A stretch of DNA of 64,000 bases from Alphaproteobacteria bacterium (GTDB lineage Bacteria > Pseudomonadota > Alphaproteobacteria > Rs-D84): the NCBI GenBank assembly GCA_017642585.1, contig JAGCOR010000025.1:19537-83536 (forward strand). Direction: 5' to 3'. Position numbers and translations under genes: made by a program. The notes below the pieces were generated by a model, which was given only the letters and a program-made list of their open reading frames with translations, was not told the DNA's origin and made no database searches. Shown here in pieces: positions 17,113-26,760 of this stretch. Position 1 is the first letter of the stretch. Every line of letters starts with the position of its first letter.

Positions 17113-20100
17113 ATGTCAAAGTTGATTGTAGATGGAAACTGGGCAGCGGCTGATGTTGCCTACAGATGTGTTGATTGTGCGGCGATTTATCCAATTACCC
17201 CCAGCAGTACTATGGGCGAATTGGCGGATGAATGGTCTTTCCAACACAAGAAAAATATTTGGGGTGTGATACCTGAAATTATCGAAATGCAATCAGAAGC
17301 TGGTGCGGCGGGTGCATTGCATGGTGCTTTGCAGATGGGTGCTTTGGCTACGACATTTACTGCATCCCAGGGTTTGTTGCTGATGATTCCAAACATGTAT
17401 AAAATCGCGGGTGAACAGACGCCTTTCGTTATGCATGTTGCGGCACGTGCGTTGGCAACACATGCGTTGTCTATATTTGGTGATCACAGTGATGTTATGG
17501 CGGTTCGTCAAACTGGTTTTGCGATGTTGTCTTCTCATAATGTACAACAGGCGCATGATATGGCGGCGATTGCGCATTCTGCAACTTTGAAATCACGTGT
17601 TCCATTTTTGCATTTCTTTGATGGGTTCAGAACCAGTCATGAAGAATCTGCATTAACACGAATTGATGATGATGTGTTGCACGAAATGTTGCCGGATGAT
17701 TTGGTTGCACAAAATCGTGCGCGTGGTATGAATCCTGACAATCCAAAGATTCGTGGCACGGCCCAAAATCCAGATGTTTATTTCCAGGGTCGTGAAGCGT
17801 CTAATTCTTTGTATGATTCTGTTCCTGAGATAGTGCAAGAATGTATGGATAAATTTGCAAAATTAACCGGTCGTAAATATGGATTGGTTGATTATGTTGG
17901 CGATAAAAATGCAAAGTATGTAATTGTTGCAATGGGGTCTGCATGTGAAACAATCGAAGAAACTTTGGATTTCTTGCCAGCAGGCATCGGGTTGGTTCGT
18001 GTTCATTTATTCAGTCCTTTCCCAATCAAAGCATTTTTGAAATTTTTGCCAAAAACAGTTGAACAAATTGCTGTGTTGGACAGAACAAAAGAAGCAGGCA
18101 GTATCGGTGAACCTTTGTATCAAAATGTTCGTAGCATAGTTGATTCAAAAATATCTGTGTTTGGCGGTCGTTATGGTTTGGGATCAAAAGAATTCAAACC
18201 AAGAGATGTCAAAGCCATTGTTGAATCTATGATGCGTAATGAATTACATCATAATTTCACAGTTGGCATAGATGATGATTTAACACATTTATCTTTGGTC
18301 ACAGATAAAACATTTACAATTGAAAACCCAGATGTCAAAACCGCTGTGTTGTGGGGAATTGGCAGTGATGGCACAGTTGGTGCAGTAAAGAATATTGTTA
18401 AAATCGTTGGGGAAAATTCTGATTTATATCCACAATCTTATGCTGTATATGATTCCAAGAAATCGGGTGGGGTAACCCAATCTCATATCAGATTTTCATC
18501 CAATCCAATTAAAAGTGAATATCTGGTTGAAAGTGCAGATTTCATCTGTGTATCCAATTTTATGATTGCACAAAGATTTGATGTGTTCGCTGCTTTGCGT
18601 GCAGGTGGAACTGTTTTAATAAATACATCTATGGCTCCCGATGAAGCATTCATAAATTTACCAAAGTCAGCCCAGGAACATTTGATTCGTATGCGTGCGA
18701 ATTTATATTTCTTGGATGCGAATCGTGCGGCAAACGAATTAGGATTGGGCAACAGAATTAACACATTTATTATGTTGAATTTCTTCAACTTAACAAAAGT
18801 GATTGACCCGGCTGTCGCAAAAGAAGCAGCAAAAACCGCGATTGAAAAAACATATAAAAAGAAGGGTATGGATATAGTCCAGGCTAACTGGAACGCTGTG
18901 GACAAAGCGGAAAGTTATTTACAAAAATACGAATTCCCATCCAGTGTTTCTGAATTAGCACCTGATTTCATACCTGCTATGACGGCAGATGCACCTGCGG
19001 AGATTGCGGGTACGTTGGGTGAAATTGCGGCGGGACATGGTGATGATGTGCCTGTGTCCAGATTCCGTGTTGATGGTTTGTTCGGGGCGGGGCAATATCC
19101 TGTGGGAACATCAAGATATGAAAAACGTGCTTTGTCCACCCGTGTTGCAAGTTGTGATTTAAGCAAATGTATTCAATGTGGAAAATGTTCAATGCTGTGT
19201 CCACATGGTGCGATTCGTATCAAGATTATGAACAAACAAGAAATGGAATCTGCAACCAAACGTGGTGTGATTGTTGTTCCTGTGAAAACACCTGAATTGG
19301 GCAGTGATTTATATTACACATTAAATATATCGCCGGCTGATTGTACAGGGTGCGGGTTGTGCATGAAGAATTGTCCTGTGTCTGCTATATCTATGATTCC
19401 AATGGCGGAAGGAATAAAAAATCAAAAATCATTTGATGAATCTATTAAAATCAAAGGTATAGATAAAGATAAATTGAATTTAAATATACCAAAACATGTT
19501 GAACTGTTACCTCATTATTTTGAATTCCCAGGTGCATGTTCTGGTTGTGGCGAAACACCGTATATTCGTTTGATGTCACAATTATTTGGCGATCATATGG
19601 TCGTTGCAAACGCAACAGGTTGTTCGTCTATATACGGCGGAAATCTGCCAACAACCCCATGGTGTGCAGATGAAAATGGTCGTGGACCCGCGTGGTCAAA
19701 TTCTTTGTTTGAAGACAACGCAGAATATGGTTTGGGTATGCGTGTTGCATTGAATCAAAAGAAATCTGCATTGCGTAGTGTTTTGTTTGAATTGGGTTTT
19801 GAAGATGTTGATAACATATTCGCTGAAAAAGATGTTTCAAAACAACGCGAAATAAAACAAGATGTCGCACAAAAATTATCCAAGATAGATAATGATCGTG
19901 CCAGATATGCAGAACATTTATTGGATGCGATTGTTGATAAATCTGTGTGGATTGTTGGTGGTGACGGTTGGGCATACGATATTGGATATGGTGGTTTGGA
20001 CCATGTGTTGCACAGTGGTGAAAATGTGAACATTTTGGTTTTGGATACCGAAGGTTATTCAAATACAGGCGGTCAACAATCTAAATCTACACCGTTTGGT

Positions 20101-20610
20101 GCATCTATGAAATTCGCGATTGGTGGTAAAGAACATGCCAAGAAAGATTTGGGATTGATGGCTATGATGTCGGGTGCTTATGTTGCACAAATTGCGTTGG
20201 GGGCAAATCCTGTCCAGGCGATTAAGGCATTTCGTGAAGCTGAAAGCTTTGATGGTCCATCAATTATTTTGGCCTATGCGCCATGTATTGCACATGGGTT
20301 TGCATTGCAAAACGGTGTTGAACATCAAAATAATTTAGTGAACACGGGGGCATGGCCACTGTACAGATTTAATCCTGCAAACATAGAATCGGGCGAAAAT
20401 CCTTTGATAATGGATTATTGTGTTGATAACCCATTGGCATTGGAAGAATTTATGAAATCTGAAACGCGATTCGCAGCGGCCCGTGCGGCAAATCCTAATT
20501 TTGATAAATTGGTAGAATTGGCAAAATCTAATAATTTATACAAAATAGAATTGAAACAACATATTGCTAATTTTGCGGTCAAAGTTAACAAAGATAACGG
20601 CGAAGGATAA
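17113..20610 (+). CDS. nifJ: Pyruvate:ferredoxin (flavodoxin) oxidoreductase, single-polypeptide type
   Basis: 1165 aa. Two ferredoxin motifs (CIQCGKCSMLCP and CTGCGLCMKNCP) and the TPP-binding region GGDGWAYDIGYGGLDH. Confidence 0.92.
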   Translation: MSKLIVDGNWAAADVAYRCVDCAAIYPITPSSTMGELADEWSFQHKKNIWGVIPEIIEMQSEAGAAGALHGALQMGALATTFTASQGLLLMIPNMYKIAGEQTPFVMHVAARALATHALSIFGDHSDVMAVRQTGFAMLSSHNVQQAHDMAAIAHSATLKSRVPFLHFFDGFRTSHEESALTRIDDDVLHEMLPDDLVAQNRARGMNPDNPKIRGTAQNPDVYFQGREASNSLYDSVPEIVQECMDKFAKLTGRKYGLVDYVGDKNAKYVIVAMGSACETIEETLDFLPAGIGLVRVHLFSPFPIKAFLKFLPKTVEQIAVLDRTKEAGSIGEPLYQNVRSIVDSKISVFGGRYGLGSKEFKPRDVKAIVESMMRNELHHNFTVGIDDDLTHLSLVTDKTFTIENPDVKTAVLWGIGSDGTVGAVKNIVKIVGENSDLYPQSYAVYDSKKSGGVTQSHIRFSSNPIKSEYLVESADFICVSNFMIAQRFDVFAALRAGGTVLINTSMAPDEAFINLPKSAQEHLIRMRANLYFLDANRAANELGLGNRINTFIMLNFFNLTKVIDPAVAKEAAKTAIEKTYKKKGMDIVQANWNAVDKAESYLQKYEFPSSVSELAPDFIPAMTADAPAEIAGTLGEIAAGHGDDVPVSRFRVDGLFGAGQYPVGTSRYEKRALSTRVASCDLSKCIQCGKCSMLCPHGAIRIKIMNKQEMESATKRGVIVVPVKTPELGSDLYYTLNISPADCTGCGLCMKNCPVSAISMIPMAEGIKNQKSFDESIKIKGIDKDKLNLNIPKHVELLPHYFEFPGACSGCGETPYIRLMSQLFGDHMVVANATGCSSIYGGNLPTTPWCADENGRGPAWSNSLFEDNAEYGLGMRVALNQKKSALRSVLFELGFEDVDNIFAEKDVSKQREIKQDVAQKLSKIDNDRARYAEHLLDAIVDKSVWIVGGDGWAYDIGYGGLDHVLHSGENVNILVLDTEGYSNTGGQQSKSTPFGASMKFAIGGKEHAKKDLGLMAMMSGAYVAQIALGANPVQAIKAFREAESFDGPSIILAYAPCIAHGFALQNGVEHQNNLVNTGAWPLYRFNPANIESGENPLIMDYCVDNPLALEEFMKSETRFAAARAANPNFDKLVELAKSNNLYKIELKQHIANFAVKVNKDNGEG

Positions 20611-20615
20611 GAGAG

Positions 20616-21047
20616 ATGAAAAAAATATTTTGCGTTTTGATGGTTGTTTTGATGGCGGCTTGCACTTTTCAAACCAAACATCGTGGGTATGTTTTTCCGG
20701 AAGATTTAGATAGCAAAATCGCTGGAATAAAAACCACATCAAAACTGCAAGAAGAAATCGGTGATCCCCAGGCACGCACGATTTACGGGGATGAAGTGTG
20801 GGTTTATTATGGTGCCGAAGAAAATTTGCGTGGCCCATTACCAACCACTTATACGGATAAAACTGTGCTGTTAGTATGGGTGAAAAACGGCAAAATTTTG
20901 AAAACCAAGGTTTTACACGACCAAGATTTACAGGATATAAAATTGGCAGACGGCGAAACACAAATACCGGCCGCTATCGAATTGAATGCCCTGGAAGAAT
21001 TGTTTAACAATATTGGTCGGTTTTCGCCATCTGGTCTGGGGCAATAA
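20616..21047 (+). CDS. bamE: Outer membrane protein assembly factor BamE (SmpA/OmlA lipoprotein)
   Basis: Lipobox LMAAC. The HRGYVF...I..IKTTSKLQEEIGDPQ...WVYY core and the C-terminal ...LFNNIGRF resemble alphaproteobacterial BamE (from memory, no search). Confidence 0.6.
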   Translation: MKKIFCVLMVVLMAACTFQTKHRGYVFPEDLDSKIAGIKTTSKLQEEIGDPQARTIYGDEVWVYYGAEENLRGPLPTTYTDKTVLLVWVKNGKILKTKVLHDQDLQDIKLADGETQIPAAIELNALEELFNNIGRFSPSGLGQ

Positions 21048-21136
21048 TATTTTTGCCAAATATTTGTTTTTTCAATTTTTTGTGTTATAATTACCACGAA
21101 ACAGAGAGAGAATGGCAACTGTAAAGGTGTTTATAT

Positions 21137-21700
21137 ATGCCAACAAAAAAACTTGAATTTAAAAATGGTCAATATGTCGTTTATCCAACCCAGGGTGTTG
21201 GTAAACTGTTGCGTATTGAAGAACAAACAATCGGCGGTCAAAAAATGAAAATGATGGTCATAGATTTCGAAAGAAACCATATGACTTTGCGTGTTCCTTT
21301 GGACAGGGCCGAATTGTCGGGGTTACGCCCATTGGCCAGTGCCAAACAAATGGATGAAGCGATTGCTTCCGCCAAGGGTAAAGCGGGGGCCAAACGTATG
21401 ATTTGGGCGCGTCGTGCCGCACAATACGAAGAAAATATAAATTCTGGTGATCCTATGAAATTGGCAGAGGTTGTTCGTGATTTACAACGCAGAACTGCTA
21501 CAGATACAATGACTTTCTCTGCGCGTCAATTATATTTGCGTGCTTTGGAACGCATGGCTCAAGAATTTGCAGTGTTGCATAAAATGGATTTAGATGAAGC
21601 ATCCGAAAAAATCGAAGATATTTTGGGTGTGCCAAAAGAAATCGATTTGAATGCTGTGGAAGAAGATGACGAAACAGAAGAAGTCGATGAAGAGGAATAA
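21137..21700 (+). CDS. CarD/CdnL-family transcriptional regulator
   Basis: GQYVVYPTQGVGKLLRIEEQTIGGQKMKMMVIDF...MTLRVPLDRAE matches the CarD_CdnL_TRCF N-terminal domain. Acidic C-terminal tail. Confidence 0.85.
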   Translation: MPTKKLEFKNGQYVVYPTQGVGKLLRIEEQTIGGQKMKMMVIDFERNHMTLRVPLDRAELSGLRPLASAKQMDEAIASAKGKAGAKRMIWARRAAQYEENINSGDPMKLAEVVRDLQRRTATDTMTFSARQLYLRALERMAQEFAVLHKMDLDEASEKIEDILGVPKEIDLNAVEEDDETEEVDEEE

Positions 21701-21705
21701 ATAAA

Positions 21706-21738
21706 AGCGCATCAATTTTTGATGCGTTCTTTTTTTCT
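21706..21738 (+). terminator. Rho-independent terminator
   Basis: CGCATCA-atttt-TGATGCG followed by TTCTTTTTTT. Confidence 0.55.
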
Positions 21739-21795
21739 TGTTTTTATTCATTTTTTTCGCAATCATACAATTATAACTAATCAAAGGAAGAAAAA

Positions 21796-22245
21796 ATGGC
21801 AGGCAGTATAAATAAAGTGATATTGGTCGGTAATATAGGTCAAGAACCTCAAGTTCGCCAAATGCAAAGTGGACAAAAGGTGGTCAGTTTTTCCCTGGCT
21901 ACATCAGATCGTTGGCGTGATCGTCAAACTGGTGAACAGAAAGAACAAACAGAATGGCATCGTGTTGTGATTTTTAATCCAAATTTAGTTGAAGTTGCAG
22001 AACGTATGTTGCAAAAAGGTACTAAATTGTATTTGGAAGGTTCACTGCGCACACGCAAATGGCAAAATCAACAGGGTGTTGACACATTTACTACGGAAGT
22101 TGTGTTGAATCCTTATGCTGGTCAAATGGTTATCTTATCTGGTGCAAAGACTATGGACGGTGCATCTGAATCAAACGAACCAGTGGCGGAACAACCACGT
22201 GAAGAAATCAATGTTGATACCATCGCAGATGATATTCCTTTTTAA
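21796..22245 (+). CDS. ssb: Single-stranded DNA-binding protein
   Basis: [14 protein letters not shown]...[11 protein letters not shown]-fold and the acidic tail ending DDIPF. Confidence 0.9.
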   Translation: MAGSINKVILVGNIGQEPQVRQMQSGQKVVSFSLATSDRWRDRQTGEQKEQTEWHRVVIFNPNLVEVAERMLQKGTKLYLEGSLRTRKWQNQQGVDTFTTEVVLNPYAGQMVILSGAKTMDGASESNEPVAEQPREEINVDTIADDIPF

Positions 22246-22260
22246 TAGGAAACAAGATAG

Positions 22261-22289
22261 AAAAAATCGCCAATATGGCGATTTTTTTA
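22261..22289 (+). terminator. Rho-independent terminator
   Basis: ATCGCCA-ata-TGGCGAT followed by TTTTTT. Confidence 0.6.
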
Positions 22290-22318
22290 TTAAAAAACTA
22301 CTTTTGCCATATTATTTA

Positions 22319-22327
22319 TGATATAAT
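22319..22327 (+). promoter_or_regulatory. Candidate extended -10 promoter (TGaTATAAT) for the 22364-26752 operon
   Basis: TGATATAAT lies 37 nt upstream of the TTG start. No good -35 is present. Pattern match only. Confidence 0.35.
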
Positions 22328-22363
22328 TATTCTTGAATTCAGTGGGACCTGAAAGGAGAGAGT

Positions 22364-23566
22364 TTGTTTAAAAAATTTGTGTTTTTTATTTTGTTTTGTG
22401 TGATGTTGTCTGGGGCTTCATATTCAGACGATCTGGCCAATGTCCCCAGTATAGATGCGGAAACAAACGCAACTGCGGTGGAAAACAGTATTAAAATTAA
22501 CGAAGAAGAATTTGATAGAATTGTTCAACAAGTAAAAAGAAGATATACTGATTTTGATTGGGCAAAATTTGATGGTTTGGATGCCGGGGCTAAACGTGTT
22601 GTAATCAAAAATTATTTGGCGCGTATTGCGTTTGATTCAATCAAAGAAAATTATATTAGAAACTTCTATGCCAAAGCAACAGATGGTGTAGAAATCCAAG
22701 AAAGTGGATACAACACAATCTATTTCAATAAATCTGATGCTAAATACAGAACCGAATATATTACAGGAAAAGGTTTGATAGAAAAAGCTGGAAGAAGATG
22801 CAGAACTTGTGATGATGAGGGGAATTTTAGACAGCAAGATGTTGCTTTGTTTGATGAATTAATAGCACAAGAAATTGCAAATGCACCAGTGGCTATGCAT
22901 TGTGAAAAATATTGTATGGAATCTACATCTGAATCAAGTGAGATGGCACGAGAATTAAGAAATGCTTTCGCGGAATTTCAACAAGCTAATGAAGAATACA
23001 CCGCAGAAATACGCAGAACTGGTAGTTCGCGTCAAGAAATTCGTGAAGCTCGTAAAAGATTGCGCGAAGCGGAACGTGCATATAAAAAATTGGTAAAACG
23101 GGCCGGCAGGGAAACAGGCAAAACGTGGTTCTTTAGACCTTATAACACAACGTGCGATTTGGTCAGTGTGGAATGTTGGAACGTTGAATTAAGACCTGAA
23201 ATGTATGAAAAAGTCATGTTTTCCATAGATAAAACTGATGATACGATAGACAGTTTGCATTTTGAGTATGATAATCTGACGAATAATACCCATACGGAAT
23301 CAGATGCATATAGAAATTGTAATTGTGAACAAACCAGCGTGGACGCTTTGGTTAATTGCAATTGTCATATCAGTTTTTATGATGAAATCCAAGATCTGTC
23401 CGCGGTCAGAAAATGGGAAAATCAAGAACGTATAGATATAAAAAATGGTATCAATCAAGACAGAGATGCAAATGGACATTGGAACCACGATTGGGAAAGT
23501 AACACAGTACCAGGGGGCAGAGTGGTTGGACGACAATTGGATTTGAGTGGAACTTCGACAAGATGA
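22364..23566 (+). CDS. Secreted hypothetical protein (400 aa), first gene of a three-gene operon
   Basis: TTG start with AAAGGAGAG 4 nt upstream. Signal peptide MFKKFVFFILFCVMLSGASYS. Paired Cys motifs (CRTC, HCEKYC, CNCE...CNCH). Its stop overlaps the next start (ATGA at 23563-23566). Confidence 0.65.
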   Translation: MFKKFVFFILFCVMLSGASYSDDLANVPSIDAETNATAVENSIKINEEEFDRIVQQVKRRYTDFDWAKFDGLDAGAKRVVIKNYLARIAFDSIKENYIRNFYAKATDGVEIQESGYNTIYFNKSDAKYRTEYITGKGLIEKAGRRCRTCDDEGNFRQQDVALFDELIAQEIANAPVAMHCEKYCMESTSESSEMARELRNAFAEFQQANEEYTAEIRRTGSSRQEIREARKRLREAERAYKKLVKRAGRETGKTWFFRPYNTTCDLVSVECWNVELRPEMYEKVMFSIDKTDDTIDSLHFEYDNLTNNTHTESDAYRNCNCEQTSVDALVNCNCHISFYDEIQDLSAVRKWENQERIDIKNGINQDRDANGHWNHDWESNTVPGGRVVGRQLDLSGTSTR

Positions 23567-24582
23567 AAATAAAATTTATTTTATTTTTGTTGTTATTATC
23601 TGTCAGGGGCGTTTATGCCGCTGAGGCTGATTTTGATGCAATGTCGATTATAGATTTATATGAACATGCAGAAGCTGTGAATTATGATTATGAAAATTTA
23701 AAGAAAAATTATGATAATGCAAAAAACAAAGAACAATCTTTGGCAAACAGAACCTTGACCGCTGCAACCACTGCCGCAACCGGATTGGGAATGATGGAAT
23801 TAATGATGGGCAAAGCGGAACAAAAAGCGGATGCAGATGCCGAACAAGATATGGCGGCATACATGGCAACAATGCGTTGCACATATGCGGGTGGTAAATC
23901 TGTGAAGGCCGGCCCCGAAGAAATAGAATTACCTGGTGGCAACGATGGTAATTTGATGTCATACCGCAGTGAATATATAGCATTGGCAAAAAGTTTGAAA
24001 GAACGTAAAACAGCAATGGACATGTTACCAGGTATAGAAAGTGAAGAGATATTAGATAAAGCAGAAATGGGGTTATACGATGATGAAAGTAAGGGTATAA
24101 CGGGTGGAACCTATGCTTCATTGTATCGCGCCAAGATAGGCAGCGAAGAAGATCAGTCTAAGATAGATGCTGACAAAGAAAAATCTGCTAAACGTGTTAA
24201 GTATGGTGCCATAGCAGCAGCTGGGGGAACAGCATTGGGTATAGGTGGTAACAGTTTGATAAATGGTAAATTGGGAGAATTGATAAAGAACAGAAAAGAT
24301 AAGAAATCTGGGAATAAAACAGATGATGATGTAGTTAAACAATTAAAAGAAGGTTTATCTTCAGCGGGAATGACAAATGTAGATAAATTAGATTTTAGTA
24401 ATTTAGATTTAAGTGGATTGAAAGATAAAATAGGTAATGTAGATTTTGGATCATTGTCATCCAGTTTAAAGGGAAAAGATGCCAGTCAGTTATTAAACAC
24501 ATCGAACGCCGAAGGATTCTCGTCTTCGTTTGGCAGTATGTTAGGTAACAGTGGAGAATTGGGCGGATTGTTTGGAAATTAA
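23563..24582 (+). CDS. Secreted protein (339 aa) consisting mostly of the conserved C-terminal module (copy 1)
   Basis: Signal peptide MKIKFILFLLLLSVRGVYA. From aa ~45 it aligns with the C-terminal ~295 aa of ORF 24632-26752. Two Gly/Ala hydrophobic segments and a Gly-rich end ...GSMLGNSGELGGLFGN. Confidence 0.7.
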   Translation: MKIKFILFLLLLSVRGVYAAEADFDAMSIIDLYEHAEAVNYDYENLKKNYDNAKNKEQSLANRTLTAATTAATGLGMMELMMGKAEQKADADAEQDMAAYMATMRCTYAGGKSVKAGPEEIELPGGNDGNLMSYRSEYIALAKSLKERKTAMDMLPGIESEEILDKAEMGLYDDESKGITGGTYASLYRAKIGSEEDQSKIDADKEKSAKRVKYGAIAAAGGTALGIGGNSLINGKLGELIKNRKDKKSGNKTDDDVVKQLKEGLSSAGMTNVDKLDFSNLDLSGLKDKIGNVDFGSLSSSLKGKDASQLLNTSNAEGFSSSFGSMLGNSGELGGLFGN

Positions 24583-24590
24583 AAAAATAT
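23773..24590. repeat. Copy 1 of a ~0.8-kb near-identical direct repeat (partner at 25943-26760, offset 2170 bp)
   Basis: Base-by-base comparison shows long identical runs with scattered single-base differences. Identity begins abruptly at ...GCCGCAACCGGATTGGG and ends just past the stop codon. Confidence 0.85.
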
Positions 24591-24631
24591 CTGTATAAAA
24601 ATTTTTTATTTTATAGTATAATAATTTTGTT

Positions 24632-26752
24632 GTGAGAGGGATAATAAAGACATTTTTATCTATAATGTTTTTTGCCTGGGTGTTTTGTATGCCTGGGGTT
24701 GCTGGTGTTGGCAATGTTGATAGCAGATTTTATGTAGATAAACAAATGTGGGCAACGGCACCGTATAAAAATTTTGTGCATTTATATGGGTGGTTATCAA
24801 ATACAGGAAGTTCTTGCACAGCACAATATGTTTCAAAAAATATAATTGTATCAGCAGGGCATTGTTTAAAAGATAATGCAAGATATGAAGTACATAATTA
24901 CGCTGGCGACAAGATTGATTTAATGTTGCTTGAAACGGGGTACAAAGGAGTACTTGAAGAAGATGGGGATTGGGCTGTATTTTTGGTTAAAGACCCAAAA
25001 TATTACAGCGATAGTTTTTTCAATCTGAAGGTTCCTAATGTTGAAAATACCAGCATAGGTGTTTTGAATGCAGGATGGGGATTTGTCAGAGTTTTGGAAG
25101 ATTGGGAAATTCAAAAAATACAAGAAATTTTGCCGACAATTGATAACAGGTTAGACAGAAAAGAGTTCTTTAGGATTTTGGATGAAAAGTTGGTAGAGGC
25201 TAATATCAGACCTATCAGAGAAACTATGGTTCAAAGTTTAAAGGCGAGTGAATGTATGATATCTGCCCATAGATACAACAATGTATCTCCTGATGTTCTG
25301 CCTTCGACGTGTGATTCATGGCAGGGTAACAGTGGCGGGGGATATGTTGCCAGGGGTGGTAATGATCTGTATGGGGTATGTTCTTTTGGACCTGCTGATG
25401 TTGCAATTGAATTTACAGAGTCTTCTGAAAATCGTGCGTTTCTTGCATCATCTAAACAATTTGTTAATGTTGTAAATAAATACATAGATAAATTCAGTAA
25501 CCCAGAATATACGGCATGTTTTGTTCTTGGAAAAAAATGGAAACGTAATACTTGTAAATGTCAAGGTACAGAGACTTGGGATAATGTGAATTACAAATGT
25601 GTGCCAGCCGAAAGTGCACCGCCATCATCATCAGATGGATCAAATGATAACACGGATAATACCGCAGACGATGAAAATGGTATTACAGAGGGAACAGGTG
25701 TAGTTACCGATAAAGCCATAGATGATTTAACAAGAGATGTTGATGATTCTGGAAAACGTCTTGATAAAAAGAAAGCAAAAATTTCATCTGGGGTAACCAA
25801 GAAAGATGTATTTGATATTATTGATAATTGGGCTGATTACGAAGTAAAAACAGAACAATTAGAGCAACTGAAGAAAGCATATGAGGAAGCCAAAGCGAAA
25901 GAACAGTCCATGGGGAATAAATTATTAACTGCAGCCACAGTTGCCGCAACCGGATTGGGAATGATGGAATTAATGATGGGCAAAGCGGAACAAAAAGCGG
26001 ATGCAGATGCCGAACAAGATATGGCGGCATACATGGCAACAATGCGTTGCACATATGCGGGTGGAAAATCTGTAAAGGCCGGCCCCGAAGAAATAGAATT
26101 ACCTGGTGGCAACGATGGTAATTTGATGAAATACCGCAGTGAATATATAGCATTGGCAAAAAGTTTGAAAGAACGCAAAACAGCCATGGATATGTTACCA
26201 GGTATAGAAAGTGAAGAGATATTAGATAAAGCAGAAATGGGATTATATGATGATGAAAGCAAGGGTATAGAAAGCGGAACATACGCATCATTGTATAGAG
26301 CGAAACAGGGCAGTGAAGAAGACCAAAAGAAGATAGATGCTGATAAAGCCAAATCAGAAAAGAGAGTTAAGTATGGTGCCATAGCAGCAGCTGGTGGAAC
26401 AGCATTGGGCATAGGTGGTGACAGTTTGATAAATGGTAAATTGGGAGAATTGATAAAGAACAGAAAAGATAAAAAATCTGGGAATAAAACAGATGATGAT
26501 GTAGTTAAACAATTAAAAGAAGGTTTATCTTCAGCTGGAATGACAAATGTGGATAAATTAGATTTTAGTAATTTAGATTTAAGTGGATTAAAAGATAAAA
26601 TAGGTAATGTAGATTTTGCATCTATGTCATCCAGTTTAAAGGGTAAAGATGCCAGTCAGTTATTAAACACATCGAATGCGGAAGGATTCTCGTCTTCGTT
26701 TGGCAGTATGTTGGGTAACAGCGGTGGATTGGGCGGATTATTTGGAAATTAA
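24632..26752 (+). CDS. Secreted trypsin-like serine protease fused to the conserved C-terminal module (copy 2), 706 aa
   Basis: GTG start gives a signal peptide with an R/K n-region (ATG 24665 is an alternative). His in VSAGHC (aa 77), candidate Asp in GDWAVFLV, Ser in CDSWQGNSGGGY (aa 234). S/D/N/T-rich linker. The C-terminal ~295 aa are almost identical to ORF 23563-24582. Confidence 0.7.
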   Translation: MRGIIKTFLSIMFFAWVFCMPGVAGVGNVDSRFYVDKQMWATAPYKNFVHLYGWLSNTGSSCTAQYVSKNIIVSAGHCLKDNARYEVHNYAGDKIDLMLLETGYKGVLEEDGDWAVFLVKDPKYYSDSFFNLKVPNVENTSIGVLNAGWGFVRVLEDWEIQKIQEILPTIDNRLDRKEFFRILDEKLVEANIRPIRETMVQSLKASECMISAHRYNNVSPDVLPSTCDSWQGNSGGGYVARGGNDLYGVCSFGPADVAIEFTESSENRAFLASSKQFVNVVNKYIDKFSNPEYTACFVLGKKWKRNTCKCQGTETWDNVNYKCVPAESAPPSSSDGSNDNTDNTADDENGITEGTGVVTDKAIDDLTRDVDDSGKRLDKKKAKISSGVTKKDVFDIIDNWADYEVKTEQLEQLKKAYEEAKAKEQSMGNKLLTAATVAATGLGMMELMMGKAEQKADADAEQDMAAYMATMRCTYAGGKSVKAGPEEIELPGGNDGNLMKYRSEYIALAKSLKERKTAMDMLPGIESEEILDKAEMGLYDDESKGIESGTYASLYRAKQGSEEDQKKIDADKAKSEKRVKYGAIAAAGGTALGIGGDSLINGKLGELIKNRKDKKSGNKTDDDVVKQLKEGLSSAGMTNVDKLDFSNLDLSGLKDKIGNVDFASMSSSLKGKDASQLLNTSNAEGFSSSFGSMLGNSGGLGGLFGN

Positions 26753-26760
26753 AAAAACAC
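25943..26760. repeat. Copy 2 of the ~0.8-kb near-identical direct repeat
   Basis: See copy 1. The flanks diverge on both sides. Confidence 0.85.

Noticed and set aside
23648-26412. Pairs of similar minus-strand ORFs (23648-24121 and 25818-26291; 23709-24023 and 25837-26412) that look conserved.
   Set aside because: Their apparent conservation only reflects the 0.8-kb DNA duplication of the plus-strand genes. Their sequences are low-complexity and lack starts with an RBS.
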